A stretch of 64,000 nt of DNA, taken from NCBI GenBank assembly GCA_014729675.1, contig WJJM01000055.1:326-64325 (forward strand). The letters are read 5' to 3'. The notes beneath the pieces were generated by a model. It saw nothing but the letters and a program-made list of their open reading frames with translations. It made no database searches and had not been told where the DNA came from. Numbering within the stretch: position 1 is the stretch's first letter; the number at the start of each line of letters is the position of its first letter. Shown here piece by piece: positions 27,639-37,991 of this stretch. The translations under genes were made by a program, and so were the position numbers. Source of the stretch: Candidatus Woesearchaeota archaeon. GTDB lineage: Archaea > Nanobdellota > Nanobdellia > Woesearchaeales > WJKL01.

Positions 27639-30326
27639 ATGGCAGATTTTAGGAAGATACAGGATAAATGGCAGGAGAAGTGGGAGAAAGAGAATATATT
27701 TAAGGTAAAGAAAGACTCAAAGCTTCCCAAGTATTATGTTCTCGAGATGTTTCCTTATCCTTCTGGCTATCTTCATATGGGCCATGTAAGAAATTATTCT
27801 ATTGGAGATGCATTTGCCAGGTACAAAAGGATGCAGGGATTTAATGTGCTTTACCCTATGGGGTATGATTCTTTTGGATTGCCTGCAGAGAATGCAGCTA
27901 TAAAGAAAAAAGCAGACCCTGCTGAATGGACCAAGGAGAACATCGAGGGAATAAAAGCCCAGCAGAAGATGATGGGGCTGAGCTATGACTGGAGCAGGGA
28001 GATAGCAACATGCGATCCTGATTATTACAGATGGAACCAGTGGATATTTCTGAAGTTTCTGGAAAAAGGCCTTGCTTATAAGAAGAAGGCTCTTGTAAAT
28101 TGGTGTCCGGAATGCAATACTGTATTGGCGAATGAACAGGTACATGACGGAAAATGCTGGAGATGTTCTTCTGATGTAGATCAAAGATACCTGGAGCAGT
28201 GGTTCTTGAAGATAACAGACTATGCAGAAGAACTTCTTGAAGATATAAAGAAACTGGAACACTGGCCTGAAAGGGTAAAGATAATGCAGGAGAACTGGAT
28301 CGGAAGAAGCGAAGGAGTTACATTAACTTTTGATATTGTGGATGAAAAAGGCAAGAAGGTGGATGATATAGAGACATATACGACAAGAGTCGATACTGTT
28401 TATGGAATAACATACCTTGTTCTTGCTGCTGAGCATCCAAAAGTAAAAGAACTTACAAAAGGAACTGACAAGGAAAAAGAAGTCAATGATTTTGTTGAAA
28501 AGGTAAAGAAGCAGAGCATCATAGAACGAACTGCAGAAGGAAAGGAAAAAAACGGAGTATTTTTGGGAAAATATTTTATCAACTCATTTACAGGAGAGAA
28601 ATGCCCTTTATGGGTTGCAGATTATGCCCTGTATGATTATGGGACAGGAGCTGTCATGGCTGTGCCTACACATGATCAGAGAGATTTTGAGTTTGCAAAG
28701 AAATATGGTCTGCCTATGAAGATAGTAATCTCACCTAATTCTTATGAGCTGGATGCTGAGAAGATGAGCAGAGCATATGCAGAAGATGGTGTGATGACAA
28801 ACTCAGGGGATTTTGATGGCATGAGCAACAGAGATGCGATGGGAGCGATAGCTGATCTGGCAGAGGAGAATGGTTGGGGAAAAAGAACAGTAAACTATAA
28901 GCTTAAGGACTGGCTGATATCAAGACAAAGATACTGGGGAACTCCAATTCCAGTTGTTTACTGCGATAAATGCGGAACAGTGCCTGTTCCTGAAGAAGAG
29001 CTGCCTGTGGTGCTTCCAAAGGATGTCGAGTTTACAGGAACTGGAAACCCTCTTGAAACATCCAACTCCTTTTTGAGTGAAAAATGCCCTAAATGCAGAG
29101 GAAATGCAAAAAGAGAGACAGATACAATGGATACTTTTGTGGACAGTTCATGGTATTTTCTGAGATACTGCAGCCCTGATTCTGAAAAGATAATTGAAAA
29201 GGACAAGGCAAAATACTGGATGCCTGTTGACCAATATATAGGAGGGATAGAACATGCGTGCATGCATCTGATATATGCAAGGTTTTTTACAAAGGCATTA
29301 AGAGATCTGGGTCTGTTGAAGATAGATGAGCCTTTTACAAGATTATTATGCCAGGGAATGGTCATAAAGGACGGAGCAAAGATGAGCAAGTCAGTAGGCA
29401 ATGTAGTTGATCCTGCAAAGATAATTGACAGATATGGGAGCGATACAGCAAGGCTTTTCATACTTTTTGCAGCTCTGCCTGAGAAAGAGCTTGACTGGAA
29501 TGATGAAGGTGTTGCGGGCTGTTATCGGTTCCTGAATAGGGTGTGGAGTCTGGCTGAGAAAGAGCCTGTATATTCAAATGAAAAAGAGCTCAACACTACG
29601 GACAAGAACACCATAGGAAATATGCACAGGACCATAAGAAAAGTCACTAACCTTATCGAAGAGTTCAAGCTAAGCCTGGCGATTGGAGGAATAATGGAAT
29701 TTGTGAACGATCTTAACAAGTACAGGGAAAAGGAAGTCAACAAGATAACTTATAATGAATGCATAAAGAATATTGCTTTGCTGATATCCCCTTTTGCTCC
29801 GCATCTTGCTGAGGAGATATGGGAAAAAATAAAGGGGAAAGGTTTTATATCCCTGGCAGGCTGGCCCAAGTACGATGAGAGTAAGATAGATGAGAAAGCC
29901 GAAGCAGCAGAAAAGATTGTGGGAGATACAGCTGGAGACATCAATCATGTTCTTGAACTGACAAAGAAAGAAAAAGTGGATAAGATAACATTGTTTGTTG
30001 CAGATGAATGGAAGTATGGTTTTTTTAAAGGCCTGAAGAAAGAGATGGAAGATACATTTAATGTTGGAAAGCTTATGAAAAAAGTAATGATAAAAGAGCA
30101 TGGCAAAGAGATATCAAAACTTGTTCCGAAGATAGTGAAGGATCCTTCAAAGCTTCCTGAAAAGGTGTTGAGTCAGGAAGATGAGATAGAAGCTTTAAAG
30201 AATGCAAAAGATGAGTTCATGGAAGAATTCAAAGCTGAAATCATAGATATAGTGAAAGCAGAAGAGAGCAAAGAGGCTAAAGCCAGGCAGGCAATGCCTG
30301 GAAAGCCTGCTATAATTGTTGAGTGA
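27639..30326 (+). CDS. leuS: leucyl-tRNA synthetase
   Basis: HMGH and KMSKS motifs; 895 aa. Confidence 0.95.
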   Translation: MADFRKIQDKWQEKWEKENIFKVKKDSKLPKYYVLEMFPYPSGYLHMGHVRNYSIGDAFARYKRMQGFNVLYPMGYDSFGLPAENAAIKKKADPAEWTKENIEGIKAQQKMMGLSYDWSREIATCDPDYYRWNQWIFLKFLEKGLAYKKKALVNWCPECNTVLANEQVHDGKCWRCSSDVDQRYLEQWFLKITDYAEELLEDIKKLEHWPERVKIMQENWIGRSEGVTLTFDIVDEKGKKVDDIETYTTRVDTVYGITYLVLAAEHPKVKELTKGTDKEKEVNDFVEKVKKQSIIERTAEGKEKNGVFLGKYFINSFTGEKCPLWVADYALYDYGTGAVMAVPTHDQRDFEFAKKYGLPMKIVISPNSYELDAEKMSRAYAEDGVMTNSGDFDGMSNRDAMGAIADLAEENGWGKRTVNYKLKDWLISRQRYWGTPIPVVYCDKCGTVPVPEEELPVVLPKDVEFTGTGNPLETSNSFLSEKCPKCRGNAKRETDTMDTFVDSSWYFLRYCSPDSEKIIEKDKAKYWMPVDQYIGGIEHACMHLIYARFFTKALRDLGLLKIDEPFTRLLCQGMVIKDGAKMSKSVGNVVDPAKIIDRYGSDTARLFILFAALPEKELDWNDEGVAGCYRFLNRVWSLAEKEPVYSNEKELNTTDKNTIGNMHRTIRKVTNLIEEFKLSLAIGGIMEFVNDLNKYREKEVNKITYNECIKNIALLISPFAPHLAEEIWEKIKGKGFISLAGWPKYDESKIDEKAEAAEKIVGDTAGDINHVLELTKKEKVDKITLFVADEWKYGFFKGLKKEMEDTFNVGKLMKKVMIKEHGKEISKLVPKIVKDPSKLPEKVLSQEDEIEALKNAKDEFMEEFKAEIIDIVKAEESKEAKARQAMPGKPAIIVE

Positions 30327-30328
30327 GA

Positions 30329-30589
30329 TCAATCTTTTTTCCTGAACAAAGGAGATCCATAATTTCCACTTTTAGGCCTATATCCAGGGAAGCTAACATA
30401 ACCAGGGATATATTCTTCAGGGATCTGAGACCATCCGTTTTTGCTCCCTTCAGGCTTATGTCCTTCATAGAAATTTACGTTTCCTTTTATTGTCCTTAAC
30501 AGATTAGAGCCTTCTGGAATCTCTATATCTCTGCAATGGTCTGATATCTCTGTTTTTGATATAAATTCGGGTTGTCTTGTTTTTTCCAT
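30329..30589 (-). CDS. hypothetical 86-aa protein
   Basis: Convergent with leuS; no recognised motif. Confidence 0.35.
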   Translation of the reverse strand: MEKTRQPEFISKTEISDHCRDIEIPEGSNLLRTIKGNVNFYEGHKPEGSKNGWSQIPEEYIPGYVSFPGYRPKSGNYGSPLFRKKD

Positions 30590-30782
30590 CTTTTACCTCT
30601 CTGTTTCCAGAGCTCTGTCAAGAATAATTTTTCCTGCAAAGCCCAGAAACAATATTTTTGGCTTTACAGCACAGATATCACCAGCACTACGACTACCAGA
30701 ATGTTCAACAGTCTTTTTGCTGATGATGTTATCATAATAAGAAGTATGGGATAAATAGTTTATAAAGATTATGTTTTTGAAG

Positions 30783-31065
30783 AAAATAAGCAGGCGAGCA
30801 CGCCCGAAAATGGACACACTTCAAGCTTATTGGTTAACCCTGGAGTATTCTCGGTTCCGCTACCCTATGAGCATCGACACATATAGTTAGCGCTGCTCCC
30901 GTCAGGGCCTGACGCGGTTCCTATGAGCATCGATCCCATAGGACAGAACTTCATTGGCAACTCCAAGACCAACAGACTTGAAATATGCCTCTTTCCAGGC
31001 TTTGACTCCATCATAAAGCCCATTTATGGTTACAGTACAGGGCTAATGCACCAGCCTAGCTCGCC
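30783..31065 (-). ncRNA. ffs: signal recognition particle RNA (7S/SRP RNA), minus strand
   Basis: The minus-strand sequence GCGUCAGGCCCUGACGGGAGCAGCGC matches the helix-8 pattern GUCAGG-stem-tetraloop-stem-AGCAGC, with tetraloop UGAC instead of GNRA. The 5' GGCGAGC pairs with the 3' end. About 283 nt with no ORF; the 30593-30817 ORF call is probably spurious. Confidence 0.6.
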
Positions 31066-31163
31066 TAAAAAAAGTAAATTTTAGCATTTTAAAAAGGTTG
31101 TGATTTTGAATCGGGAGAATTATCAGAAAAATCTTAGGATATTGCATTTACTTTATTATATGG

Positions 31164-31520
31164 TTATAAGGAAAGATAGATCAGGAAATAATTTATTATC
31201 GGGAACATTACAAAGGAGATTATAATATTAAAATTTAGCAAAAACGGGTTGACAAAAAATATGATGGGAAATAATCCTATCAAGAAGAGTTGAAATATGT
31301 AGGCTATGTTTTTAATCTTTATCCTGCTGAAAATCAAATCTCTTTTTTTATGACAATACATAGAATAAAGATAAACAATGATAAGATTGATTAAAATTCC
31401 TATGAAAAAAGGCCTAATCTTTCCAATTACCCAATATATGATTCCATTTATTATCAGATTACTAAATATGAAGACAATAAAAAGATACAATCCATATTTA
31501 TTGTAGTCAAATCCAAACAT
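31164..31520 (-). CDS. small membrane protein
   Basis: 118 aa, hydrophobic. Confidence 0.4.
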   Translation of the reverse strand: MFGFDYNKYGLYLFIVFIFSNLIINGIIYWVIGKIRPFFIGILINLIIVYLYSMYCHKKRDLIFSRIKIKNIAYIFQLFLIGLFPIIFFVNPFLLNFNIIISFVMFPIINYFLIYLSL

Positions 31521-31634
31521 CAGAGTTTATGTTTATTAAATCTTATTTAAACATTTAAATTCTTTTTTCATCCATTTTATAGAAATATTTATTAATGCAG
31601 GCTACATTTACTATTCCTGAGGAGATAATATAAT

Positions 31635-32651
31635 ATGGCAAATAAGATAACTTTTCTTGGAACTGGAGGAGATAGTTTTGTTGTGGGGAAGAATATGAGG
31701 TCTAATGGGGGCATAATCTTTCAGATAGACGAAAGTCAGTTCCACATAGATCCCGGAATAGGTGCAGTTGTCAGGGCTGCAGAGAACAGGATAAATCTAA
31801 GAGGAAACACCGCAGTGCTATTGAGCAGCAGCAATATACTTAACAGCAATGATGTGAATGCAGTCATAGATGCTATGACTTATGGGGGGTTTGACAAGAG
31901 CGGAATATTGGTCGCGAACAGCACGATTGTAAATGGAAACGAAAGCACAAATCCAATCCTTTCTAATTATCATAAGAGATGCCTTGAGAAGATAGTTATA
32001 CTTAATCCAGGACAGAAGCTGGGCATAGAAGATACAGAGATAAATGCTGTTCCTGTAGAAAATGAAGATGAAAAAGGGATAGGATTCAAGATATATGCTC
32101 CAGACTTTACAGCAGGATATGTTCCGGATACAAAATACAACAAAGACCTTTACAAACATTTCCAGGGATGCGACATGCTTATAGTCAATGTAAATTCCCC
32201 TCATGGAGAAAAAGAAAAAAACAAGCTAAATTCTGATGAAGCTGCAAAGCTTATAGAGAAATCACAGCCCAAGCTTGCAGTAATAACCGGATTTGGGATA
32301 AAGATGATAAGAGCTGACCCACTATACGAAGGAAGGGAAATACAAAAAAAGACAGGGATCCAGGTTCTCGTTGCGAAAGACGGCATGTCTTTGGCACCAA
32401 GTTCTTATTCTGCAAAATCAGACCAGAAAAGACTAAGTACATTTTCAAGAGAAGAACGTGCAAAACAACAGGAAGAGGCAAAGGAGCTAGAGAAAGAGCT
32501 AGAGAAAGAGCCAGAGAAAGAGCCAGAGAAAGAGTCTGAAAAGGAAAACATAATACAAAGAACAGGAAAAGAACAAAAAGACAATGAGAAAATAATCTCT
32601 GAAGAAAAACAGGAATACAAGCAGGAAGAGCTTAATTTCTTTGATTTTTAG
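31635..32651 (+). CDS. MBL-fold-like protein with a degenerate metal-binding motif and a C-terminal E/K repeat
   Basis: N-terminal ITFLGTGG; FHIDPG in place of HxHxDH; tail ELEKELEKEPEKEPEKE. Confidence 0.5.
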   Translation: MANKITFLGTGGDSFVVGKNMRSNGGIIFQIDESQFHIDPGIGAVVRAAENRINLRGNTAVLLSSSNILNSNDVNAVIDAMTYGGFDKSGILVANSTIVNGNESTNPILSNYHKRCLEKIVILNPGQKLGIEDTEINAVPVENEDEKGIGFKIYAPDFTAGYVPDTKYNKDLYKHFQGCDMLIVNVNSPHGEKEKNKLNSDEAAKLIEKSQPKLAVITGFGIKMIRADPLYEGREIQKKTGIQVLVAKDGMSLAPSSYSAKSDQKRLSTFSREERAKQQEEAKELEKELEKEPEKEPEKESEKENIIQRTGKEQKDNEKIISEEKQEYKQEELNFFDF

Positions 32652-33640
32652 ACAAAAATATTCACTAAAAGAACGAGCAGATAACCTAATATGCATCCTG
32701 CCGAAAGGAACGGCATTGCAGGATAAAATTTATCTTTTTTGCTTTTTAACAATAGGAATAGTAAAGCTACAGCGACACAAACAGGGATTATCAAAGTTTT
32801 TAAGAAAGCAAGCCATTCTGGATTAGATAATGCAAGGTCATGCATAACAATGCCTGCAAATATCAAAGGGAAGCCTATATCTCCCCCTCCAAGGATTGCA
32901 CTTTTAACTTTTTTCATCCTGGTCTTGCCTTTTGGCTTCTTTAGTTTGGGTATCTCATAAGGGATAAGAAGACCTGCAAATATCTTTGAATTTGTCTGGA
33001 ATTTTGCAAGGCTTATCATATGTTTTATCTTCCAGACAGCAATCATATCATAGATAGATATTGCGGCAAGTATAAGAAATCCCCAGATTATGTGATCCAG
33101 AATAGGAACAAATATTGCTGCAAGACCTCCGTACATGAAAATTTCTGTTATGTTCTGGGTTATGATGCCTGGCCTGAATATCTTGAACAAAGCGAGTATC
33201 AATGCGACCACCAATGCTATCAGCTGAGGAAGAAAAGCATTAAAAGCCACTGTCAGTGTCAGGAATACAGCTACAAGGAACCATAACTTCCAGAGCAGCA
33301 ACTTATTGAACTTGATTATCAGCAACGCTATGACTGTGCCTACGAGAATCGCTGCTATGATAGTTATTACAGCATCCATTCCCCTTACAGGAGGCCTTTC
33401 TACATCATAGGGAAGTTCATCATATACTGGCTCGCCTGTCTCAGCTGTCTTTCCAAAGTCAAGATATTCCTTTACTATCGACAATCCGACAAATTGAGAC
33501 AGGAGAAATATTGCAAAAAGTATCAATGTTATCTTTGGCGTGTGCTTCATAATAAAGCGTAAAATCAAAAACTTATTTAAATATATTGTTTTCATCCAAT
33601 AAAATGATTGCACATTCGATAAATATAACAGTATTTGCAA
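32648..33640 (-). CDS. presenilin / signal-peptide-peptidase-family intramembrane aspartyl protease (archaeal PSH)
   Basis: The catalytic YD (ISIYDMIAV), the LGGGD variant of the GxGD motif, and PAM (a PAL-like motif) are present; ~9 TM. Confidence 0.75.
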   Translation of the reverse strand: MQILLYLSNVQSFYWMKTIYLNKFLILRFIMKHTPKITLILFAIFLLSQFVGLSIVKEYLDFGKTAETGEPVYDELPYDVERPPVRGMDAVITIIAAILVGTVIALLIIKFNKLLLWKLWFLVAVFLTLTVAFNAFLPQLIALVVALILALFKIFRPGIITQNITEIFMYGGLAAIFVPILDHIIWGFLILAAISIYDMIAVWKIKHMISLAKFQTNSKIFAGLLIPYEIPKLKKPKGKTRMKKVKSAILGGGDIGFPLIFAGIVMHDLALSNPEWLAFLKTLIIPVCVAVALLFLLLKSKKDKFYPAMPFLSAGCILGYLLVLLVNIFV

Positions 33641-34050
33641 AAGAAGGGGAAGACAAAGAAAGAATCATTTCTGCCCTTAAAGAGTTCATCCCTTTTGATA
33701 TTGAAAAAGAGAAGATAGAGTTCAACCAAAAGAAAACTCTTGGTTTTGATGATAAAAAGATAACAGTTCTTGAAATTTTACTTGAAAAAGAGAAGCACAT
33801 AAAGGGGCTCTTAGATAACCTGAAAGAGAAACTTTCTGAAGAAGCGAAATATCTTATCCTGAAACAGAAAGAGAGCAGGCTTGATCAGGAACTTAATTTC
33901 TTTCTGAGGTTCAGCAAACAGAGATGGATCGAAAAAAAAGAACTATGGCTTACTGATAAGGGCAAGTGTTTTCATATAAAGATAAAGCTAGCTGTATTTC
34001 CGAAGAAAAGAGAAAAAGCAATAAAAAAAATAGAAAAAATGTTCAGTTAG
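33586..34050 (+). CDS. hypothetical protein (possibly COG1325-like RNA-binding)
   Basis: 154 aa; the 5' end overlaps the presenilin gene start on the opposite strand. Confidence 0.4.
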   Translation: MFSSNKMIAHSINITVFAKEGEDKERIISALKEFIPFDIEKEKIEFNQKKTLGFDDKKITVLEILLEKEKHIKGLLDNLKEKLSEEAKYLILKQKESRLDQELNFFLRFSKQRWIEKKELWLTDKGKCFHIKIKLAVFPKKREKAIKKIEKMFS

Positions 34051-35503
34051 GCTTTATCCTTGTATGCAGCCAGTGATTAAGTATTGTGAAGAATCCTACT
34101 ACCAATGGAATTGCCCATGTAAGTATCCACATGCTTGCTATTGGTTTCCCTAATAAGGAAGTAATAACTATGAATACTATGAAACCTATCACGACCAAAG
34201 TTATTCCTGTTATTGTCTGATAATCCATGAATTTTACATTTTTCTTGAAAGTCTTGCCCATATAATATGTTTTCTTCAGTCTCCTTTCTATGATCAATGC
34301 TATTATCAGTATGCCAAGTACAACCTGCCAGATTATATCTCTTACAGGGGATTGGAATATTATCGATACAAAAAATGCAGTCGCTACAGCGTATAATATG
34401 TATGCCCATTGCTTGAATGCTATCAATAAGTTAGGGCTTGGTGAAACTCCTGCAAGAGATTTCATGTTCCAGAATACTGTAGCAGTTACACTCATGAACA
34501 ATGCAAGGAAGATAGCAAAAATTATAGCTACGAAATTTGATGGCTTTATGAACATTATCCTCATGAAATGGACTATGCCTACGAGAAGCCCAAGATTTAT
34601 GAAAGTCATTATAGTGAATTGGTTCCCCTTGGGTTCTGCAAGTTCAAATGACCTGAAATAAAGATACCAGAGGATAGATATCAAAAGGAATATCTTTCCA
34701 AATATTATGACTGGATTAAGGACATCTTCAACTGTAGAGAACGAATTCATCTGGAAAAGAGGAGTAGCAGCGAGAACAATGACCAGTCCAAACACCAATA
34801 TACAGAACAGGCCTATCCTTTCTGTCTTGTGTGTCTTGTTTTCAGGAGGGATATTAACAAGTTCAGGAGGCAGGGTTGTCTGTTTTTTTGGATTAAAGTA
34901 AGTTTCAAAAGGGTATCTGTTAAAGTATATGTATACGATTATCAGCATGAAAGGTACGACGGTAGGGCTTATCCAGCCAAGAGCAAGAACGAACCATATA
35001 GCAAGATAGCCTGAAGCTTCAAGAGCCATATGCTTTGCTGAAAATCCAGCCCATTTTTTCTCGTTTTCTCCTCCGATAGTTATCTTTTTTGAATAATAGA
35101 AATAAAGCGCGGCCAACGAGAAAACACCTAATGCCATGGATATTGTGGCAAGATAGCTTCCCAAGGGAGCATCTATCCTCCATATCCTGATGAATTGTGT
35201 AAGGCCTATGACAATAAATCCTATAAATAGTGTCATTAGTGAGTTTGAGAAAGACACGTAATCAAATCTATTTACAAGGACCATATGCCTATACCAAAAA
35301 GTTATAAGGAATATGAATATAAGTATGAACTCTCCCAATGCAAGCCAGGATGATCTTGAGAGGTCATTTACATGCTCAAGAGATTTTGCAGACATCGCCA
35401 ATGCTAATGCAAAGATAGTGTCAAAGAAAAGCTCAAGCCAGCTGACTTTTTTTACCTGCAACTCAGGATTTGCAGCTGCTTTGGATGGATCTGATTGCGG
35501 CAT
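34043..35503 (-). CDS. large polytopic membrane protein, unknown function
   Basis: 486 aa, more than 10 hydrophobic segments. Confidence 0.6.
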   Translation of the reverse strand: MPQSDPSKAAANPELQVKKVSWLELFFDTIFALALAMSAKSLEHVNDLSRSSWLALGEFILIFIFLITFWYRHMVLVNRFDYVSFSNSLMTLFIGFIVIGLTQFIRIWRIDAPLGSYLATISMALGVFSLAALYFYYSKKITIGGENEKKWAGFSAKHMALEASGYLAIWFVLALGWISPTVVPFMLIIVYIYFNRYPFETYFNPKKQTTLPPELVNIPPENKTHKTERIGLFCILVFGLVIVLAATPLFQMNSFSTVEDVLNPVIIFGKIFLLISILWYLYFRSFELAEPKGNQFTIMTFINLGLLVGIVHFMRIMFIKPSNFVAIIFAIFLALFMSVTATVFWNMKSLAGVSPSPNLLIAFKQWAYILYAVATAFFVSIIFQSPVRDIIWQVVLGILIIALIIERRLKKTYYMGKTFKKNVKFMDYQTITGITLVVIGFIVFIVITSLLGKPIASMWILTWAIPLVVGFFTILNHWLHTRIKPN

Positions 35504-35620
35504 ATTCTATAATAACCTCTTTTTTTGATATTATCTATAATTTCTGTTTTAAGATATTTAAATCTTTCTAATTTGATTTTTAGTAAGGAAAGGTTTTTAA
35601 AGTTAAAGGGTAAGATAGAT

Positions 35621-36715
35621 ATGATGGCAGGGAAAATAATAGACCCATGGGGTTCGGAACTGGTAGAGGATTATGGAAAGATTATAGATGATTTTGGACT
35701 AGATATATTTAGTCCTGAAATATTTCCAGAGCCGAACAGAATAATGAGGCGAGGAGTTGTTTTTGCAGGCCGAGACCTGAAGCAGATATCAAATGCCGTA
35801 AAAAACAAGAAAAAATTTTATGCATTGTCAGGAATAATGCCTACGTCTGAAAAGATACATTTCGGCAATAAGATGGTTGTCGAGAATCTTAGATATTTTC
35901 AGGAGCATGGGGCAGAAACATACATATTGGTAGCTGATCTTGAGTCTGCAGCTGCAAGAGGTGTTGAGCTTGAAGAGGCAAGGAAAAGAGCTCTTGGGTT
36001 TCATATCCCTGCATACATCTCCCTCGGGCTTGATCCAAAGAAGACCATATTTTATTTTCAGTCAGAAAATATGGGGGTCGTGAGACTCGCAAGTGAAGCA
36101 AGCAAGAGGATAACTGAAAATGAATTTAAGGCAGTATATGGGAATGCAGACCCAGGAAGAGTCTATTCAGCAACAACACAGGTAGGAGATATCCTTTTTC
36201 CACAGCTAAAAGAGAGGATGCCTGGCATAATCCCTGTAGGGATAGACCAGGATCCACATATAAGATTAACAAGAGATGTTGCAAGGAGGCTAAAGCAGAA
36301 ATACAAATTTTTCCTTCCTTCAGGCCTTTATCATAAATATACTCCAAGTCTGGATGGCGGGCTTAAGATGAGCAAGAGCAAGCCGGAGAGTGTTATAGAG
36401 CTGCCTGAAGATATGAAGTCTGTAAAAAAGAAGATAATGAGAGCAAAGACAGGAGGAAGAGATACAGTAGAAGAGCAGAGGGAAAAAGGTGGAGAGCCAG
36501 AGAAGTGCGTGATATTTGAACTTTACAAGCAACATCTTATCGATGATGACAAAGAACTGCAGAGGATCTACGATGACTGCAAATCAGGAAAACTGATATG
36601 CGGAGAGGATAAGCAGAACTGCTGCAAGCTTATGGAAAAATTCATGAAGAATTTTTTAGAGGGTGTAGAAAAATCAAAAAAAGATATAAGCAAACTAAAA
36701 TTTATCATAAAATAA
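35621..36715 (+). CDS. trpS: tryptophanyl-tRNA synthetase (archaeal/eukaryotic type)
   Basis: N-terminal DPWGS...EDYGKIIDDFG, HIGH-like EKIHFGN, KMSKS. Start taken at MMAGK. Confidence 0.85.
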   Translation: MMAGKIIDPWGSELVEDYGKIIDDFGLDIFSPEIFPEPNRIMRRGVVFAGRDLKQISNAVKNKKKFYALSGIMPTSEKIHFGNKMVVENLRYFQEHGAETYILVADLESAAARGVELEEARKRALGFHIPAYISLGLDPKKTIFYFQSENMGVVRLASEASKRITENEFKAVYGNADPGRVYSATTQVGDILFPQLKERMPGIIPVGIDQDPHIRLTRDVARRLKQKYKFFLPSGLYHKYTPSLDGGLKMSKSKPESVIELPEDMKSVKKKIMRAKTGGRDTVEEQREKGGEPEKCVIFELYKQHLIDDDKELQRIYDDCKSGKLICGEDKQNCCKLMEKFMKNFLEGVEKSKKDISKLKFIIK

Positions 36716-36729
36716 AAGAGGTGAAAGAA

Positions 36730-36909
36730 TGGTAAAGATAGCTCCTTTGAAGCCAAGCCTGATGGTAGTGAGTATATTAGGATTTATAGTCTCTGCATTC
36801 CTGGTAAACAATCTTGACTGGAAGATAACGCTGCTGATATTCTTTGCAGTGATGTTTATCGCAAGCTTTATATCTATGCACTATTCTTCAGTAATCCCGA
36901 AAAAATAGG
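36730..36909 (+). CDS. possible small membrane protein (59 aa)
   Basis: MVKIAPLKPSLMVVSILGFIVSAFLVNNLDWKITLLIFFAVMFIASFISMHYSSVIPKK has two TM segments; below the ORF-track cutoff. Confidence 0.3.
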
Positions 36910-36944
36910 CAAGTTTTTTAAATTGTTTTTTGTCCTGAGTTTTT

Positions 36945-37991
36945 ATGAGTCTGGAAAATAAGCTAATAGCAGTGGATGCCATGACACTAGAGGCAGGTAC
37001 GAAATATCTTGTCGATTCTTTATCAGCCTGTCTTGATAAATATGATAACCTTAGAATAGTCTTGGCAGGGAACAAAAAAAATAAAGAATTAAGATCACTG
37101 AAAAATGAAAGGATATCAATAGAGCATTCTTCTGAAATAGTAGGGTCTGAAGATTCTATAAGGACAGTGCTGAAAAAGAAAGATTCATCCACACTTCTTA
37201 CTGCAAAGATTGTAGGGGAGGGAAGGGCAGATGCAGGTATTTCTTTTGGGAATACTAAAGGTGTAGCTTATGCAGTTTATAGGCATCTTAATCCTCTGAA
37301 CAATCTTAAAAAGATGCCTTTAGCAGTTAAGATTCCTGTCATCAGAGGAGAAAAGAGCACATATGCTCTTATCCTTGATGTTGGAAGCACAGGATTTGAT
37401 GACTGCGAATCAAAAAATCTCCTTGAGTTTGGGATAGTTGCAAAAAACTATGCTTTAAGGGAAGGTATTGCATGTCCAAAGATAGGGATACTTAACAACG
37501 GAAAAGAGCCTAAGAAAGGAACTGAGATGACAAGGAACGCAGATAGATTATTTAGGGAATACTCAAAAAAAGATAATTCATTTACATATACAGGATTTGC
37601 AGAAGGAAGAGAGATATTTTATGGAAATGAATCATGTCCTGATGTAATCGTGACTGACGGATTTTCAGGGAACATATGTCTTAAAATGATGGAAGGGGAA
37701 GCTCTTCTTTTCAAAAAAGCTATAGAAGACAGTTTTAATAAGAACATACTTACAAGGATAGTTGGCGCTGCTGCAAAATATCTGGGGATATTTGATGATC
37801 TGAAAAACAGGCTGAATCCTGACCAGTATGGGGGCGCTTATTTTTTAGGATTGGAAAAGCCATTTATCAAAGGCCATGGAGCTGCAAACAAAAAAGCAAT
37901 ATGCACTGCAGTGGATGCAGCTTACAGGGCAGCATCTTACAAGAACAACGATAATATAATAAGTGATCTTGAGAAAGCAGATATATTATAG
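36945..37991 (+). CDS. plsX: phosphate acyltransferase PlsX (bacterial-type)
   Basis: IAVDAM..., GISFGNTKG, ILDVGSTGFDDCES, VIVTDGFSGNICLKMMEG, and NPDQYGGAYFLGLEKPFIKGHGAANKKA match conserved PlsX blocks one for one. Confidence 0.8.
   Translation: MSLENKLIAVDAMTLEAGTKYLVDSLSACLDKYDNLRIVLAGNKKNKELRSLKNERISIEHSSEIVGSEDSIRTVLKKKDSSTLLTAKIVGEGRADAGISFGNTKGVAYAVYRHLNPLNNLKKMPLAVKIPVIRGEKSTYALILDVGSTGFDDCESKNLLEFGIVAKNYALREGIACPKIGILNNGKEPKKGTEMTRNADRLFREYSKKDNSFTYTGFAEGREIFYGNESCPDVIVTDGFSGNICLKMMEGEALLFKKAIEDSFNKNILTRIVGAAAKYLGIFDDLKNRLNPDQYGGAYFLGLEKPFIKGHGAANKKAICTAVDAAYRAASYKNNDNIISDLEKADIL

Noticed and set aside
30593-30817. 74-aa ORF on the minus strand
   Set aside because: It overlaps the 3' part of the SRP RNA gene and has no coding features. 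It is likely spurious.
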